Assembly (NCBI GenBank): GCA_049724395.1
Contig: JAUGWO010000127.1
Location: 1 to 64,000, forward strand
Direction: 5' to 3'
DNA from: Spongospora subterranea f. sp. subterranea
Lineage: Eukaryota
DNA length: 64,000 nt
In this document: positions 11,330-23,436 of the stretch, piece by piece
Layout of the letters: every line of letters begins with the position of its first letter
Position numbering within the stretch: the first letter of the stretch is position 1
The notes under the pieces: generated by a model
What the model saw: the letters and a program-made list of their open reading frames with translations, nothing else
Databases searched by the model: none
What the model was told of the DNA's origin: nothing
Program-made: the position numbers and the translations under genes

Positions 11330-14300
11330 ATGAAAGAAATTTTTCAGACGGTTCAAAAGTTCTCCGGCAAAGACACCGATGACCTGTTACTATGGCAACA
11401 AAAGGTAGTGATGTATCTATCGACAAAGGATCTGGAATTATGCGTTGAGAAAGACCCTGATGCTAACGCGACTCCGGACCAACTACGCAAAGACAAGAAA
11501 GCTAAGTCCATTTTATGCAGCTGCATTGATGACGTGATTGTCGGCGCAATAATGAAGGAAACAACGGCACACAAGGCGTGGGCGCTTCTTGAAAGCCTTT
11601 ACCGCAAGAAATCACGATCCACCAGAACCAGACTCATCGCCGAGTTTTGGAACTGCACAAAGAATGACGCCCCGATGGCCACTTACATTGCCACCCTTCA
11701 AGTTTTACAGTCAAAGCTCCGCGCTATCGGAAAGGATATGACAGATGAAGACATGACTGATCGCCTACTATCAGGCCTCCCATCTTGTTTTGACGCATTC
11801 ACCGTCACGTTGGATACACTCAGCGAAGTCAAGTTTGCCGCTACTGCCGCGTCGCTCATCAATTTTGAAGCCCAACTCGAGCACAGGTCTCGTGAAGTGT
11901 CGGCAGTTTCCATCCTGCCTCGAGCATGCGCTACCTCAGTCAAACGGCATTCTCGCTGCAGCTATCACAACTCCAACTCGCATGACAATGCCCACTGCTG
12001 GGCACAACATCCCGAGCTACGTCCGAAACATTTATTCACTAAACAGTCTGCCTCAGTCTATCCCCTCCAACGATCAAAAGTAGCTCCACTCTCCCAACAA
12101 TCAGCTCATGAACACAGTGACGAATGGCTTCTTGACTGTTGCTGCTCAATGCACATGTGTCCCGAATCCTCTACCTTGCAGGAAGTTCTGCCCGATTCCG
12201 ATCCCGTGACAGTTACTATGGCAAATAATGAGAGTCTTTGCTCAACTGCAACCGGCAGCAGCAAAACAGGCACTGGAAATACCATCATCGATATTTCACC
12301 GGTATTACACATACCCGGTCTTTCCAATAATCTTCTCTCCATTGGACAAGCAATTTCGGACGGACTATCGTTTTTGTTCAAGGGAGACTACTGCAAAATA
12401 TTCAACATCGACGGTAAACTTGTCGGCAAAGTTAAGAAGGATGCCAACAACTTGTACCCGTTCCCTGATCATCGTAACATACCTCATCTACCGTTCGTTG
12501 CCTCATCTATTGCGACAAGCATTAATCTGCATCAACTCTGGCACAACCGCCTCGGCCACATCAACAATGCCGATCTCGACGTAATCCTACAAGGCATCAA
12601 TGGCGGTGAAAAGATCATACCCAATCAACGTTCGGAGGCTCTGCAATGGCTGTTTGATGGGGAAGATGCCAAGAGGCAAGATAGCGCGTTTTTCCAATAA
12701 CTCCACCAGCTCACCCCTCGAAATCGTTCACAGCGATATTTCCGGACCTTTTCCAGTTGATGGCATCCATTCTAGATCAAGATACTACATCACATTCCTA
12801 GATCAGCACACAAGGTATACCGTCGTTTATCTACTTCGAAGGAAATCCGAGGCTTTTCTAGCAATCAAAACGTTCATCAGAATGGTCAATACTCTTTTCT
12901 TGGACAAGGGCTTCTCAGTAAAATACTTTCAAAGCGACAATGGCGGCGAATATACTTCCAACGACTGTCAGGCGCTGTTTCAAGAATTGGGCATTGTGCA
13001 TAGAAAAATTGTTCCGTATCAATCAGAGCAAAATGGGATGATCGAAAGACTGAATCGCACAATCATGGACTGCGCAGAGAGCATACGATTCGGTGCAAAC
13101 TTAAAGCAAAACTTCTGGACAGCCTCTGTTTGTACAGCCGTTTATCTCCTCAATCGCAGGCCCCACAGTCACCTATCGGAACACATGTCTCCATTCGAAG
13201 CCTGGCACAATAAGAAACCAGACCTAATGCACCTGCGAACGTTCGGTTGCGATGCGTACATCCACCTTCCAAACCAGCTGCATCGCAAGCTACAACCAAG
13301 AAGCTCAATGGTAACATTTATCGGGTACGCCATGGAACAGAAAGGTTATCTCTTTTATTGCAGCTCTACCAACAAAATTACTGCCACTCGGTTCACTGAC
13401 GCTGTCTTCGACGAGAACTCTTTCACACGGGAAACCTTGGACCAGATTGATGACAACACTATCCAATTACACCTTGGCGACATTTTTTCAGACAATCCTC
13501 CCCAGGTCCCACCAAACAACGATGATCCCGCTCCTGACGACGGTGACCTCATTCCTTCAACAGACGATTCCGCCCCAGAGGACAGTGACCGCATTCTTTC
13601 ATCACACCTCGAATCCTCATCCCTGAGTACACCCAGCGAAAGTTCGAGTTCATCTTGTCACCAATCAAATGCAAGCGAATCCGATGAGCCAGCTGTAGCT
13701 TAACCTGATATCCAGAATGCTCGAGGAGCAAGAACACGCCGTGCTCCGGGGGAATGGTGGAAGGCACCTGCAGCCATGCTGGTGCAACAGCGAAACAATC
13801 ACACTCTGCGAGCCACTCAGGTCACGATCCCGAAGTCGATCAGCGAAGCATTGGATTCAGAGAACGAGTTTTGCAAGGAATGGGCAGCAGCCACAAAAGC
13901 GGAATTTGACAGCTTACAACACAACAAAACCTGGGAACTTGTCAGACTTCCTAGCGGACGCAACGCTATTCAAAACAAATGGGTATTCAAGGTCAAATCA
14001 GACGAGAAGGGACTCGTAAACAAATTCAAGGCTAGACTAGTTGTTAAAGGCTACTCACAGCGACCAGGAATCGACTTCGACGAGACATTCTCTCCAGTGG
14101 CGCATCTCGCCTCAGTCCGATTGGTATTTGCACTTGCTGCATCATTGAAACTGAAATTGAGACAGCTAGACGTCGTCGGAGCATTCTTGCAAGCAGAACT
14201 TCACGAAGAAATATACATGGTTCAACCCAAAGGCTATATTTCTCATGATCCAAGCCTGGTGTGCCGCCTGAAGAAAAGTCTCTACGGTCTGAAGCAGGCT

Positions 14301-15488
14301 GGACTTGTCTGGAACAATACCATCAATCTATTCATCACCAAAGACCTCGGTTTCAAACGACTCAGTTCTGATGCTTGCGTCTACATTATGCGGTCAAAAG
14401 AAGATATGATTATCATGTCACTGTCAACTGACGATCTGCTGTTGGCTCACAATTGTCCTGTTCTTGCGGAAGGAATCGTTGCACAACTATCAAATCGCTT
14501 TCCAATTACGGACCTAGGTGAACCGAAACGGCTACTAGGAATGAGGGTTTCAAGCAGCAACGACGGTATCCTACTTGACCAGGAGACGTATATTTTGGAA
14601 CAATTGTCAAAATTCCAGATGATGGACTGTAAGCCAGTTGACACTCCAGAACAACCAGGATTCTACTTGAACAAGGACATGTGTGCAACGAGTGCCGAAC
14701 AAATGCAAGATATGCAAGGAACACCCTACCGTGAACTAGTTGGAGCTCTGAATTGGATTGCCACGTGCACAAGACCCGATATCTCACATGCAGTCTCCTC
14801 GTTATGCCGATTTTTGGACAACCCAGGGCAACAACACTGGACTTCTGCGAAACGTGTCCTAAAATATCTCAAGGGGAGCTCTAACTGCGGACTATTCTTT
14901 CAAGCCAAGCAACCTCCGCACTTAATCGCCTTCTCGGACAGTGACTGGGCCGGAGACAAAGATTCCAGAAGATCCACGAGCGGCTATACTCTGATGATGT
15001 CTGGATCAGCCATTGCCTGGCGAAGTGCATTGCAGAAGATCGTCGCATGTTCGTCAACAGAAGCCGAGTACATTGCACTATCCGAAACAATGCGCGAGGT
15101 AATATGGATTCGTCAAATGCTGACTGAACTCGGTTTCAGCCAGAAATTAGCCACCCGAGTCTTTGAAGACAACCAAGGATGCATCGCCATCAGCAAGAAC
15201 AGGCGCACCGACAAAAGAACCAAACACATTGATCTGCGCTTTCACTTTTGCCGAGATCAGATTGAGCAAGGGACTATTGAGGTAGAGTATTGCCCAACAG
15301 AATCCATGATCGCGGATGGATTAACGAAGCCAGTGAGCGCTCCCAAGTTCAAATGGTGTCGCACAGCCATGGGTATCACAGCCAGCAAGTTGAGGGGGCG
15401 TGTTGAATACAACTTGCCAGCCTCCAGTACGGACATTCTCCAAGAAAGGTGCGTACCCCCAGTCGGCGCAACCACGGCAAATGCATAA
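11330..15488 (+). pseudogene. Copia C gag-pol with a +1 frameshift (~12640) and an in-frame TAA (13701-13703)
   Basis: ORFs 11330-12700, 12600-13703 and 13776-15488 (the last two share a frame); all copia domains present. Confidence 0.92.
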
Positions 15489-15629
15489 CATAAGAGTGAC
15501 TGTGCGGACTTTGTATTTGGATTATTAGTGCACTCCCCCCTATATTCTCCCACCTATACATGCTATAACCACGCAGTAATAAACCTCATTCTACTATTAC
15601 CTTCACATCGGAGACATCGATTTCCTTTA

Positions 15630-16395
15630 ACCTCGGAGTGGCGCTGTGGGTGTACTTGCGACTGACCTCGACGCTCCTGGGCGCGTTCAAATAGGCGATC
15701 GCCGCATCTGATGGCCGTCATGATGAGGGCGAGCAAGTCGGCTGGCTCCGGGCACGTCAATAGCAAGTCTTTCACATCCTCGTTGAGGCCTTTTCGGAAC
15801 TGCTGTAGCGTCGCAGCGCCGTCCCAACCTGCGTCGGTGACCAGCAGCTGAAACTCGCTGGCATACGTAGCGACTGGGCGGCGACCTTGGCGCAGCGCCT
15901 CCAATCGTCGTGCGGCTGTGACTGCTTTGTTCGGATCCTCGAACCGTGCCCGAAACGCGTCAATGAATCTAACAAAATCCTGGAGCAACGGATCCCGTCG
16001 CTCGAAAATTGGTGAGAACCACAGCAAAGCGTTTCCTGTGAGAAGGTCCCCAACCAACACCACCTTGTCGGAATCCCTGGCGTATGTCCTGGGTTTACGG
16101 GTGATGACCATTGATATTTGGTTGATAAACCCTCGCAGGGTGGATCGGAAACCGTCGAAAAGTTCTGGGAGGCGACTTTGGGTTCTGGCAAGGTCAGCCG
16201 CTGCTGGTAGTGCTGCGACAATTTTTGTAACTGCCGTTGGAACTGTTGCTGTTGCTGAGAAAGGGCTGCATGTAGTACCGCTTGGATCTCCGGCGTCAAC
16301 GGTTGAGCAAACTGGGAAGGTTCCGTCGGTACCTGGAAACCTCGATGGTCGTGCGGCCTGGCTGGAACTGACTCAGGTCGCTCGCGGCTGGACAT
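15630..16395 (-). pseudogene. Gypsy D gag (retrotransposon capsid, Tf1/sushi/PEG10-like), frameshifted and truncated
   Basis: MSSRERP start; LLTGNALLWF, LRQGRRPVATYASEF, FRKGLNEDVKDLL. Confidence 0.88.
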
Positions 16396-16396
16396 G

Positions 16397-16554
16397 TCTT
16401 GAAAGCGGTGCGTAAACCGTGAAGGTGGTCTTGAAAGCGGTGCGTAAACCGTGAAGATGGTCTTGAAAGCGGTGCGTAAACCGTGAAGATGGTCTTGAAA
16501 GCGGTGCGTAAACCGTGAAGATGGTCTTGAAAGCGGTGCGTAAACCGTGAAGAT
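16397..16554 (-). repeat. 32-bp tandem array (5 units) in the gypsy D 5' leader
   Basis: + strand unit TCTTGAAAGCGGTGCGTAAACCGTGAAGATGG. Confidence 0.95.
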
Positions 16555-16560
16555 AATTCT

Positions 16561-16731
16561 TGTCAAACTGTTTGGAGGAACCAGGTCCGTTGAAATAAAC
16601 CGAAGTGTATTAATACAGACTATGCAAGGAGTTGACAAGAATGACCAGGCAGAGGTCATTCTTGTCGTCAAACTGCGGCGGAACTGCGGCGAAGCCGCGA
16701 AAGTTAGGAATATATGGGAGTGTTCCTAACA
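16561..16731 (-). repeat. Probable 5' LTR of gypsy D (171 bp)
   Basis: TGTTAG...TTTGACA on the - strand; copia A homology resumes exactly at 16732; no partner LTR in the window. Confidence 0.65.
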
Positions 16732-18738
16732 TTGTTTCACTGTTTTCGACACATTTCGATGGTAAAATCAAACAGTTTCAAACGGATAATGGTGGAGAAT
16801 ACAGATCCAACGAGTCCGAGCTTCAAAAGGAATCCATCATCGAACTATCGTTGCAGGTGACTCCGAGTCCAACGGTCTTGCTGAACGTCTTAACCGCACT
16901 TTAACCGATATTGCAATGAGCCTTCTCGCCCATGCTCGTCTCCCAAAAGAATGCTTCTCTTGGGCTATTTCAGTTGCTGCACATATTTATAAATGTCGCC
17001 CAAATTCATCACTCGTAAACAGAATTATTCCATTTGAAGCACTTCGTCAATCCAAACTAGACCTACACTATCTGCGAATTTTTGGCGGCACTGTATATCG
17101 ACGCATTCCGGATCATACAAGAAGAAAACCGAGTTTTCGCGCACATAAAACTGTTTCCATTGGATATGCCAATTCCCAGAAGGCGTGTTTACTGATCGAC
17201 CCGATGGACAATAAGCAATACACCTGTCGCGACGTCGAGTTCGATGAACAAAATTTTTCTTTTGAATTCGGCAGGACAATATCAGAATGCAAGCGGTCAC
17301 CGAAGTCAACTGCAAACCAAGTTATTCTCGACCCTGATCCGTTACCTCCCTCAGAGCAATTACCTAACGCATTGGACACTACACATGAGCAAACTGACGA
17401 CGAACTCAATTCTGAGAACGCTTCTATCTCTCAGTCTGATGCTACATTCAGTTCACAGGATCTATTGTCATCTTCCCACGCATAGCTCAGCGAATCAGAC
17501 ACTGGAGAGGGTCGAATTCTTTACGAGACGAACCTATTTGCTAAGTCGTCGATTCAATTGAACCGGCGGTGCGGCGGTCGTCTCGCATCCGTGGTCCTCC
17601 AACTGAATTTTGGAAATGTAACGCTGCAAGTGTTTTTGGACTTTCACGATCGAATCTTCCAGCAGATGGTGTGGCACTACCACGACCCGTAATTTCCGAA
17701 ATTAATGCCCGTTTGGTGGTTCGAGGGTTCTCACAAAGAAATGGAGATGACTTCGATGAAACCTTTGCCCCTGCTGCGTCAATGCGTGTGTTACTTGTAA
17801 TTGCTGGTCAACACAATCTGCAGATCCGACAAACTGATATCGTTGGGACTTTTCTCAACGACGACGTACAAGAAGATATTTTTATGCAGCAACCTGAAGG
17901 TTTTGTTGTGCATGGACAAGAAAATTAGGTTTGCCGATTGAACAAAGCTCTCGATGGATTGAAACAAGCTGAAATGGTTTGGAACTCTAAACTAGACAAA
18001 TTTTTGACCAAAGAAGCTGGACTTAAAGAAAGTTAAGGCTGATCCATGCATTCATACAATTCGTCGTGATGGCAGTTTTCTAGCTCTCGGAGCCCATGTT
18101 GATGACATCCAGTTTGTTCACAACGACACCAACTTCTCTGTCAAGAAGTCATCGATCAGCTGTCTTCGAAGTTAGACATCCCTGACCTTGGGGTACCAAC
18201 CAGACTTCTCGGCCTGAGAATTCAACGTGATGAGAAGATCGGGTCAATTTCGTTAGACCAAGAGGAATATGCTTAGCAGCTTTTCGTATTCGAGGATAAC
18301 CGAGGATGCGTCGCTATCAGCAAGAATAATCGGACTGACGCTCGTACAAAGCACATTGACGTAAAATATCACTATACTAGAAAGCTTGTTGAGGACAGAA
18401 TTATCGACGCCAAGCCAATATCCATAAAGGAAATGGTTGCGACGTAATGACAAAGTCGCTGGATACATTGAAGTTTGGTTGGTGTCGCAACAAAATGGGC
18501 ATCATAGACACAATCAACCGAGATACAACCTCGAGGGGACGTGCTGAAATACGAGGTTCTATTTAATTCAATATGATGCCCTGTATGAAGTGAGGTCCCA
18601 TAACTGCTGAAGACCACAGAGTTTGTATTTATATCTGACGAGATGTCAATAAATAATCACTGCTTTTCTCCATTAATAAAGGCCAGGCATTAAATTGTCT
18701 GAGAGATTTACCGTCCTACCTTTGACTTTTAGAAGTGT
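16732..18738 (+). mobile_element. Decayed second copy of copia A (INT to 3' LTR) with internal deletions
   Basis: High identity to 1814-4636; lacks ~2797-3017 and ~3604-4159; LTR begins at 18542. Confidence 0.93.
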
Positions 18739-18840
18739 CTGTACCTGAAAGAGATATCCCTGAAGCGCCGGTCTTAATTAGGTGAAGAACATCTTCCATA
18801 TTTGTATGACCTAGACGGGCGTGCCACCAACTTCTGTCAG

Positions 18841-19619
18841 AAACCCCCGGGCTATGGTGGCTCTATGTTATTACATAGGCAACCAACGACTACGCCCAAC
18901 CCCTGCAATGAAGAGGCTTGGCCAAATCATTGTACCTGTACTAATTATAGGACAGGATTTGAGACAATGGATAGACGATATGGACAGACTGGAATTCTTC
19001 GGAATTCAAATGGACTAAACGGAATTCTTCGGAATTCAAATGGACTAAATGGAATCCTTCAGAATCCAACCAGTCAGGATGGAATTCCTCGGGATCCAAA
19101 TGGACAGAATGGAGTTTTGCAGAATTCGAATAGATTGACTGGAGAAATGAACGGAAATGGTACCAATGTTAACACACGAATACCAGATCAGAATAACAGC
19201 AACAAACCTAATTATACGAACGTATTAAAGCAACCAAAAACACCAAACAAACACAATCACTCAATAGTAGACGAAGATACAGATAGAAAAAATCGACAAA
19301 GAAATGGAAAAAATTATATCACTTCGCTATTCGACTGCGCGTGTCACGACATCGAGATGATGTTTGCTGCCACCAAGTCGGGGAAATGGTGGGAGTCGAC
19401 TGCTGCTAGAGATAATAGTGGAGGCATGCCTGGAGTCTTCCCCGATGATACTAACAGCCCTAGGAGGCAGCAGCAGTCAAGAGAATGGATCATTAGACAT
19501 GGAAACCCGGGCTATGGTGGCTCTATGTTATTACATAGGCAACCAACGACAACGCCCAACCCCTGCAATGAAGAGGCCTGGCCAAATCATTGTACCTGTA
19601 CTAGTCATAGGACAGGATT
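18841..19619 (+). repeat. ~118-bp direct duplication (18841-18959 and 19503-19619) plus 30-bp tandem units (~18985-19150) in the LINE 5' region
   Basis: Read directly. Confidence 0.9.
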
Positions 19620-19958
19620 ACCAGAAACGGATTACAGACATGGAATGAATGCTATGAAATATGGAAACATATGGATATCAGATAAGATTAACAGCAACGG
19701 ACTCACAGAAATGATCATATTAAGACTCAAAACACCAATCAGATATAATCACGTGATAGGGGGAAAAATGCAAATAGAAAACATAGTAAAGTACAAGGAA
19801 AACAAGGTAGAAATAGCGATATTACAGAAAATAGAGAAGCAATGCATAAATACGAGACTATGACCAAAGATATCAATCCTGCCCACAGCCCAAATAGAGA
19901 AAATAGTCTACATAGTTTAGCATATTGTCGGGGAATGTCTTTGATACATCGCCCTTAG

Positions 19959-20505
19959 AAGCAGAAAGGAACAGGAGGAAATAGCACCGGATTACATACC
20001 ACTTGTAGCCTAACAATTGATCACAACAAATATGTTTTTAAAAATGTAATTGGAGTAGGAAACTGTGCATTCGAAGCAATCAGAACATCAGGAGCAATAC
20101 CAGACATTACTGTTCAGCAAATACGTAGAAAAATATGTGACTACGCCAGAAACCCAAATCAGGGAAGAACCATAGCGACAAAAATACTGAACTACGCTGG
20201 ATCATTACCCAACAACGAGAATTGTACTCTTGATCAATATCTAGACATAATGGAACAGGACCGGCAATGGGCTGGATTGTTCGAGTTTACAATAGCAGCC
20301 TTTATATATAAGATCAACATAATCATAATCAGTCAGGCAACACAACCTATGACCACTGATATACAAGAATGGATCGAATCGTGTTTCCCAAAATTCAGAG
20401 ACAGCGTTCATTAGAAAAGAATACGATCTATGTACTGCCACATGCATGGAAAACCATCAACCCCTATGAGACATAGTAGACTGAATCATTATGGGACTCT
20501 ATTTC
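19959..20505 (+). pseudogene. OTU-like cysteine protease domain with one in-frame TAG (20412-20414)
   Basis: Manual translation: KNVIGVGNCAFEAI...QIRRKICDY...YLDIMEQDRQWAGLFEFTIAALYIKINIIII...LNHYGTL. Confidence 0.7.
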
Positions 20506-23436
20506 CAATTAATGAAGACACTCTGATCACTAGTAACATTACAACAATACATGACCAATGTGAGAAATACGTTGATATTTACATTGGGAAACAACAACAT
20601 CGGACAATGGTCTCATTAAAGATCACTGACGACGAACCATTGGACAACAAAATTGAAACACCAACCACATCCTCAATTCAGCCGAACAATAGTCTGTTAA
20701 CTGGGGAGAACGAACTAGACCAACACACAGTGCTGACACCAAAAAACAGGACCAGCGAATTACTGCAAAAACTGGAAAAGCTTAGCATGGTCACAAGCCA
20801 CACAACCAACAGAAGTCCACAAAATAGGGTATCTAGAGACAATAACTCAATCCAACGTTTAAATCAATCTCACTACGTGATAAATTACAGCGACAACATT
20901 TCCGGTAACATTGGAAAAAAAGAAAATAATCAAACAAAGAAAGAAGAAATACTACACGAACTTCAAAAAATAAGGATCACCGAAAAATGCTCAAACAACG
21001 ATGACTCAACCAAACAAAAAAGACAACTGATAATAACACAATGTTTTACGCGCCTTAAGGATAAAGCGAAACAAGTAAAGAATAACAGAAATTTGATTAT
21101 AGCACAATGGAACGCATGTTCATTAAGCGAGGAGAAGGCAACCGAACTGGCTCTTTTTGCGTAATCTTTATCAGAGCTAAGCCACGTAATATTCCTAATA
21201 CGAATGTGATGATCGAAACACACAATCAGGCATATTTTGGCGAGGACATGTCAAAGCTGAAAAACGATACCCACCGGCAATTCAATGCTTTGGACAATTC
21301 GCTATTACAACACAAATTGTAAAAATATACGACGAAATGATACTGATACACACTTATATCCCACCTGATATCGACAGACCAACTAGAAGAGCATACTGGA
21401 AACAGATTGAAATCTTCTCAGAGACAAGAAACGAGTCCATTCTCATCACAGGAGACCTAAATACTAGAGATAAGAGATTTGGACCAAATCATACAGAAAA
21501 CCACACATACATAGACGGAATACTAGAGGACTTCAGTATTATGAACAATCCTGAAATACCAACCAGAGAGCACAACACATTAGATATCACACTTGCGAAT
21601 AGGAAGATGGCAAAACAGATTGTGAACTTCGAAGTCCAAACAGACCTGAGTAGTGATCATCTTCCAACAACAATCGAAACCAGCATTAGAGGCAAAACTA
21701 ACCACAGATTAACAATTGATAGGAAAAGAGTCAAAAGACTTGACAATAGATCAACAGCAAAGGCACTAGCGACAGCCATTGAAAACCAATCAGATAACGC
21801 TATGGGACTGTCCAAATTCACTTCAATACTACAGCAAAGCATAAAATACCGATACGTTAGAATGAACAGATGCAAATTCTGGAACGAACACCTGAAAGCG
21901 GCACTTAAAATGAGAAACAAACTCAGACGCAAATTGCACACAGCGATTCTCTCACAAAAAAATGATGCACAAATCACACAGAGAAAAGAAGCACTAAACA
22001 AAGCTGCAATAGAATTTAAGAAACAATACGTCAAAGCCAAAAACAAGCACCTGACAAAAATGGTCAAAACAGCATGTGAGGATAAGACAGGAGCACAAAT
22101 CTGGAGACTGGTAAAACAGATCAGTCCACAAACAAACAAAAGAAGAAACAAATATGAAACTTACACCAACGAAGCAGAAGAAGAGGTAGAGAACATCGCC
22201 TCGAAGTTCGAAGAAATCTATTGTGCACCAGATCTCACACTGACAGAAATAGAAAAAATGGAACACGAACTGCTCCTTGCAGAATTATTGAAGGAACGTT
22301 TGAAAACACCAACAGCGCATATAACCACCAGAGAACTGGAAAGAGAAGTTAAAAAAGCCAACAGCAAATCTGCTGGAGGAATAGACGGAATCCCCAACAG
22401 CCTGATTAAACATAGGTATGTGCACAAATCACATAATCAAAGACACATCCCTGAAAGCAATCAATTCCGACATCATCGACATTGGGTGCTTTCCACAGGA
22501 AATGAAAATCGCCAAAATACGGCCACTACCCAAAGCGAAACCAGGAGAATATCGACCGATATCATTATTGCCTAACATAGCAAAGATTGTGGAAGGAATA
22601 ATTGGACATAGAATAAGACAACTAGCGAGCGAGCACATACCCGATAACCAATCTGGATGTCGGCCAGCACACAGCACAACCCATGCATTGTTAAGACTGC
22701 TACATAATGCAGGATTAGCGGCGGCAAAAGATCAACAATTCGCCATGATTGTATACGACTTCGTGAAGGCATTCGATAGAGTGCAACGAACGCTGCTAAT
22801 CCAGAAAATGAGGAGAATGGGGATAGATCCATATCTGATATTACTGATTAATGACTGGCTAACAAACAGAATATTTGAGGTGAATTATAGACGCACCTCT
22901 TCTGAATTACATAGACAGGAGAACGGTATTCCACAGGGATCCAGTATAAGTGTGTTGCTGTGGATAATCTACATATATGACGCCCCTTTAGAGACTAATA
23001 ACAGTAATGTGTATGTGGATGACACAACACAATGGGCTATTGGAGACACAAAACAGGAAGTACTTACAAAATTGAGAAGTGATAGCACCAAACTACAGCA
23101 ATGGTGTAAAGACAACAGGATCAAAATCCAATGGCTCAAAACAAACATTGTATTCAATGAATACTCACCCACAGACAAATTGACTATCGATGGACAAACG
23201 ATCCAGACGACCAAAACAGTGCAATACCTGGGAGCAACGCTAAGTTCCAATAATGAAAATAACCACTCAACTTTCACAATTCAACTGACAGAAGTGGCCA
23301 CCGATATAAGGAAACGATGTAAACTGGTACGAGAAATGAGAAAATACCGGATACCATACAGAACATATCAACAAATATGTCGAGGATTTATAGGAGCGAA
23401 ACTGAACTATTACCTACCCTGGTTGGCAGGAGAAAT

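Larger units (their letters stand above)
10849..15629 (+). mobile_element. Ty1/copia element C, full length, nested in gypsy D
   Basis: 229-bp LTRs at 10849-11077 and 15401-15629, identical by eye, TG..TA ends; PPT GAGGGGGCG before 15401. Confidence 0.96.
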
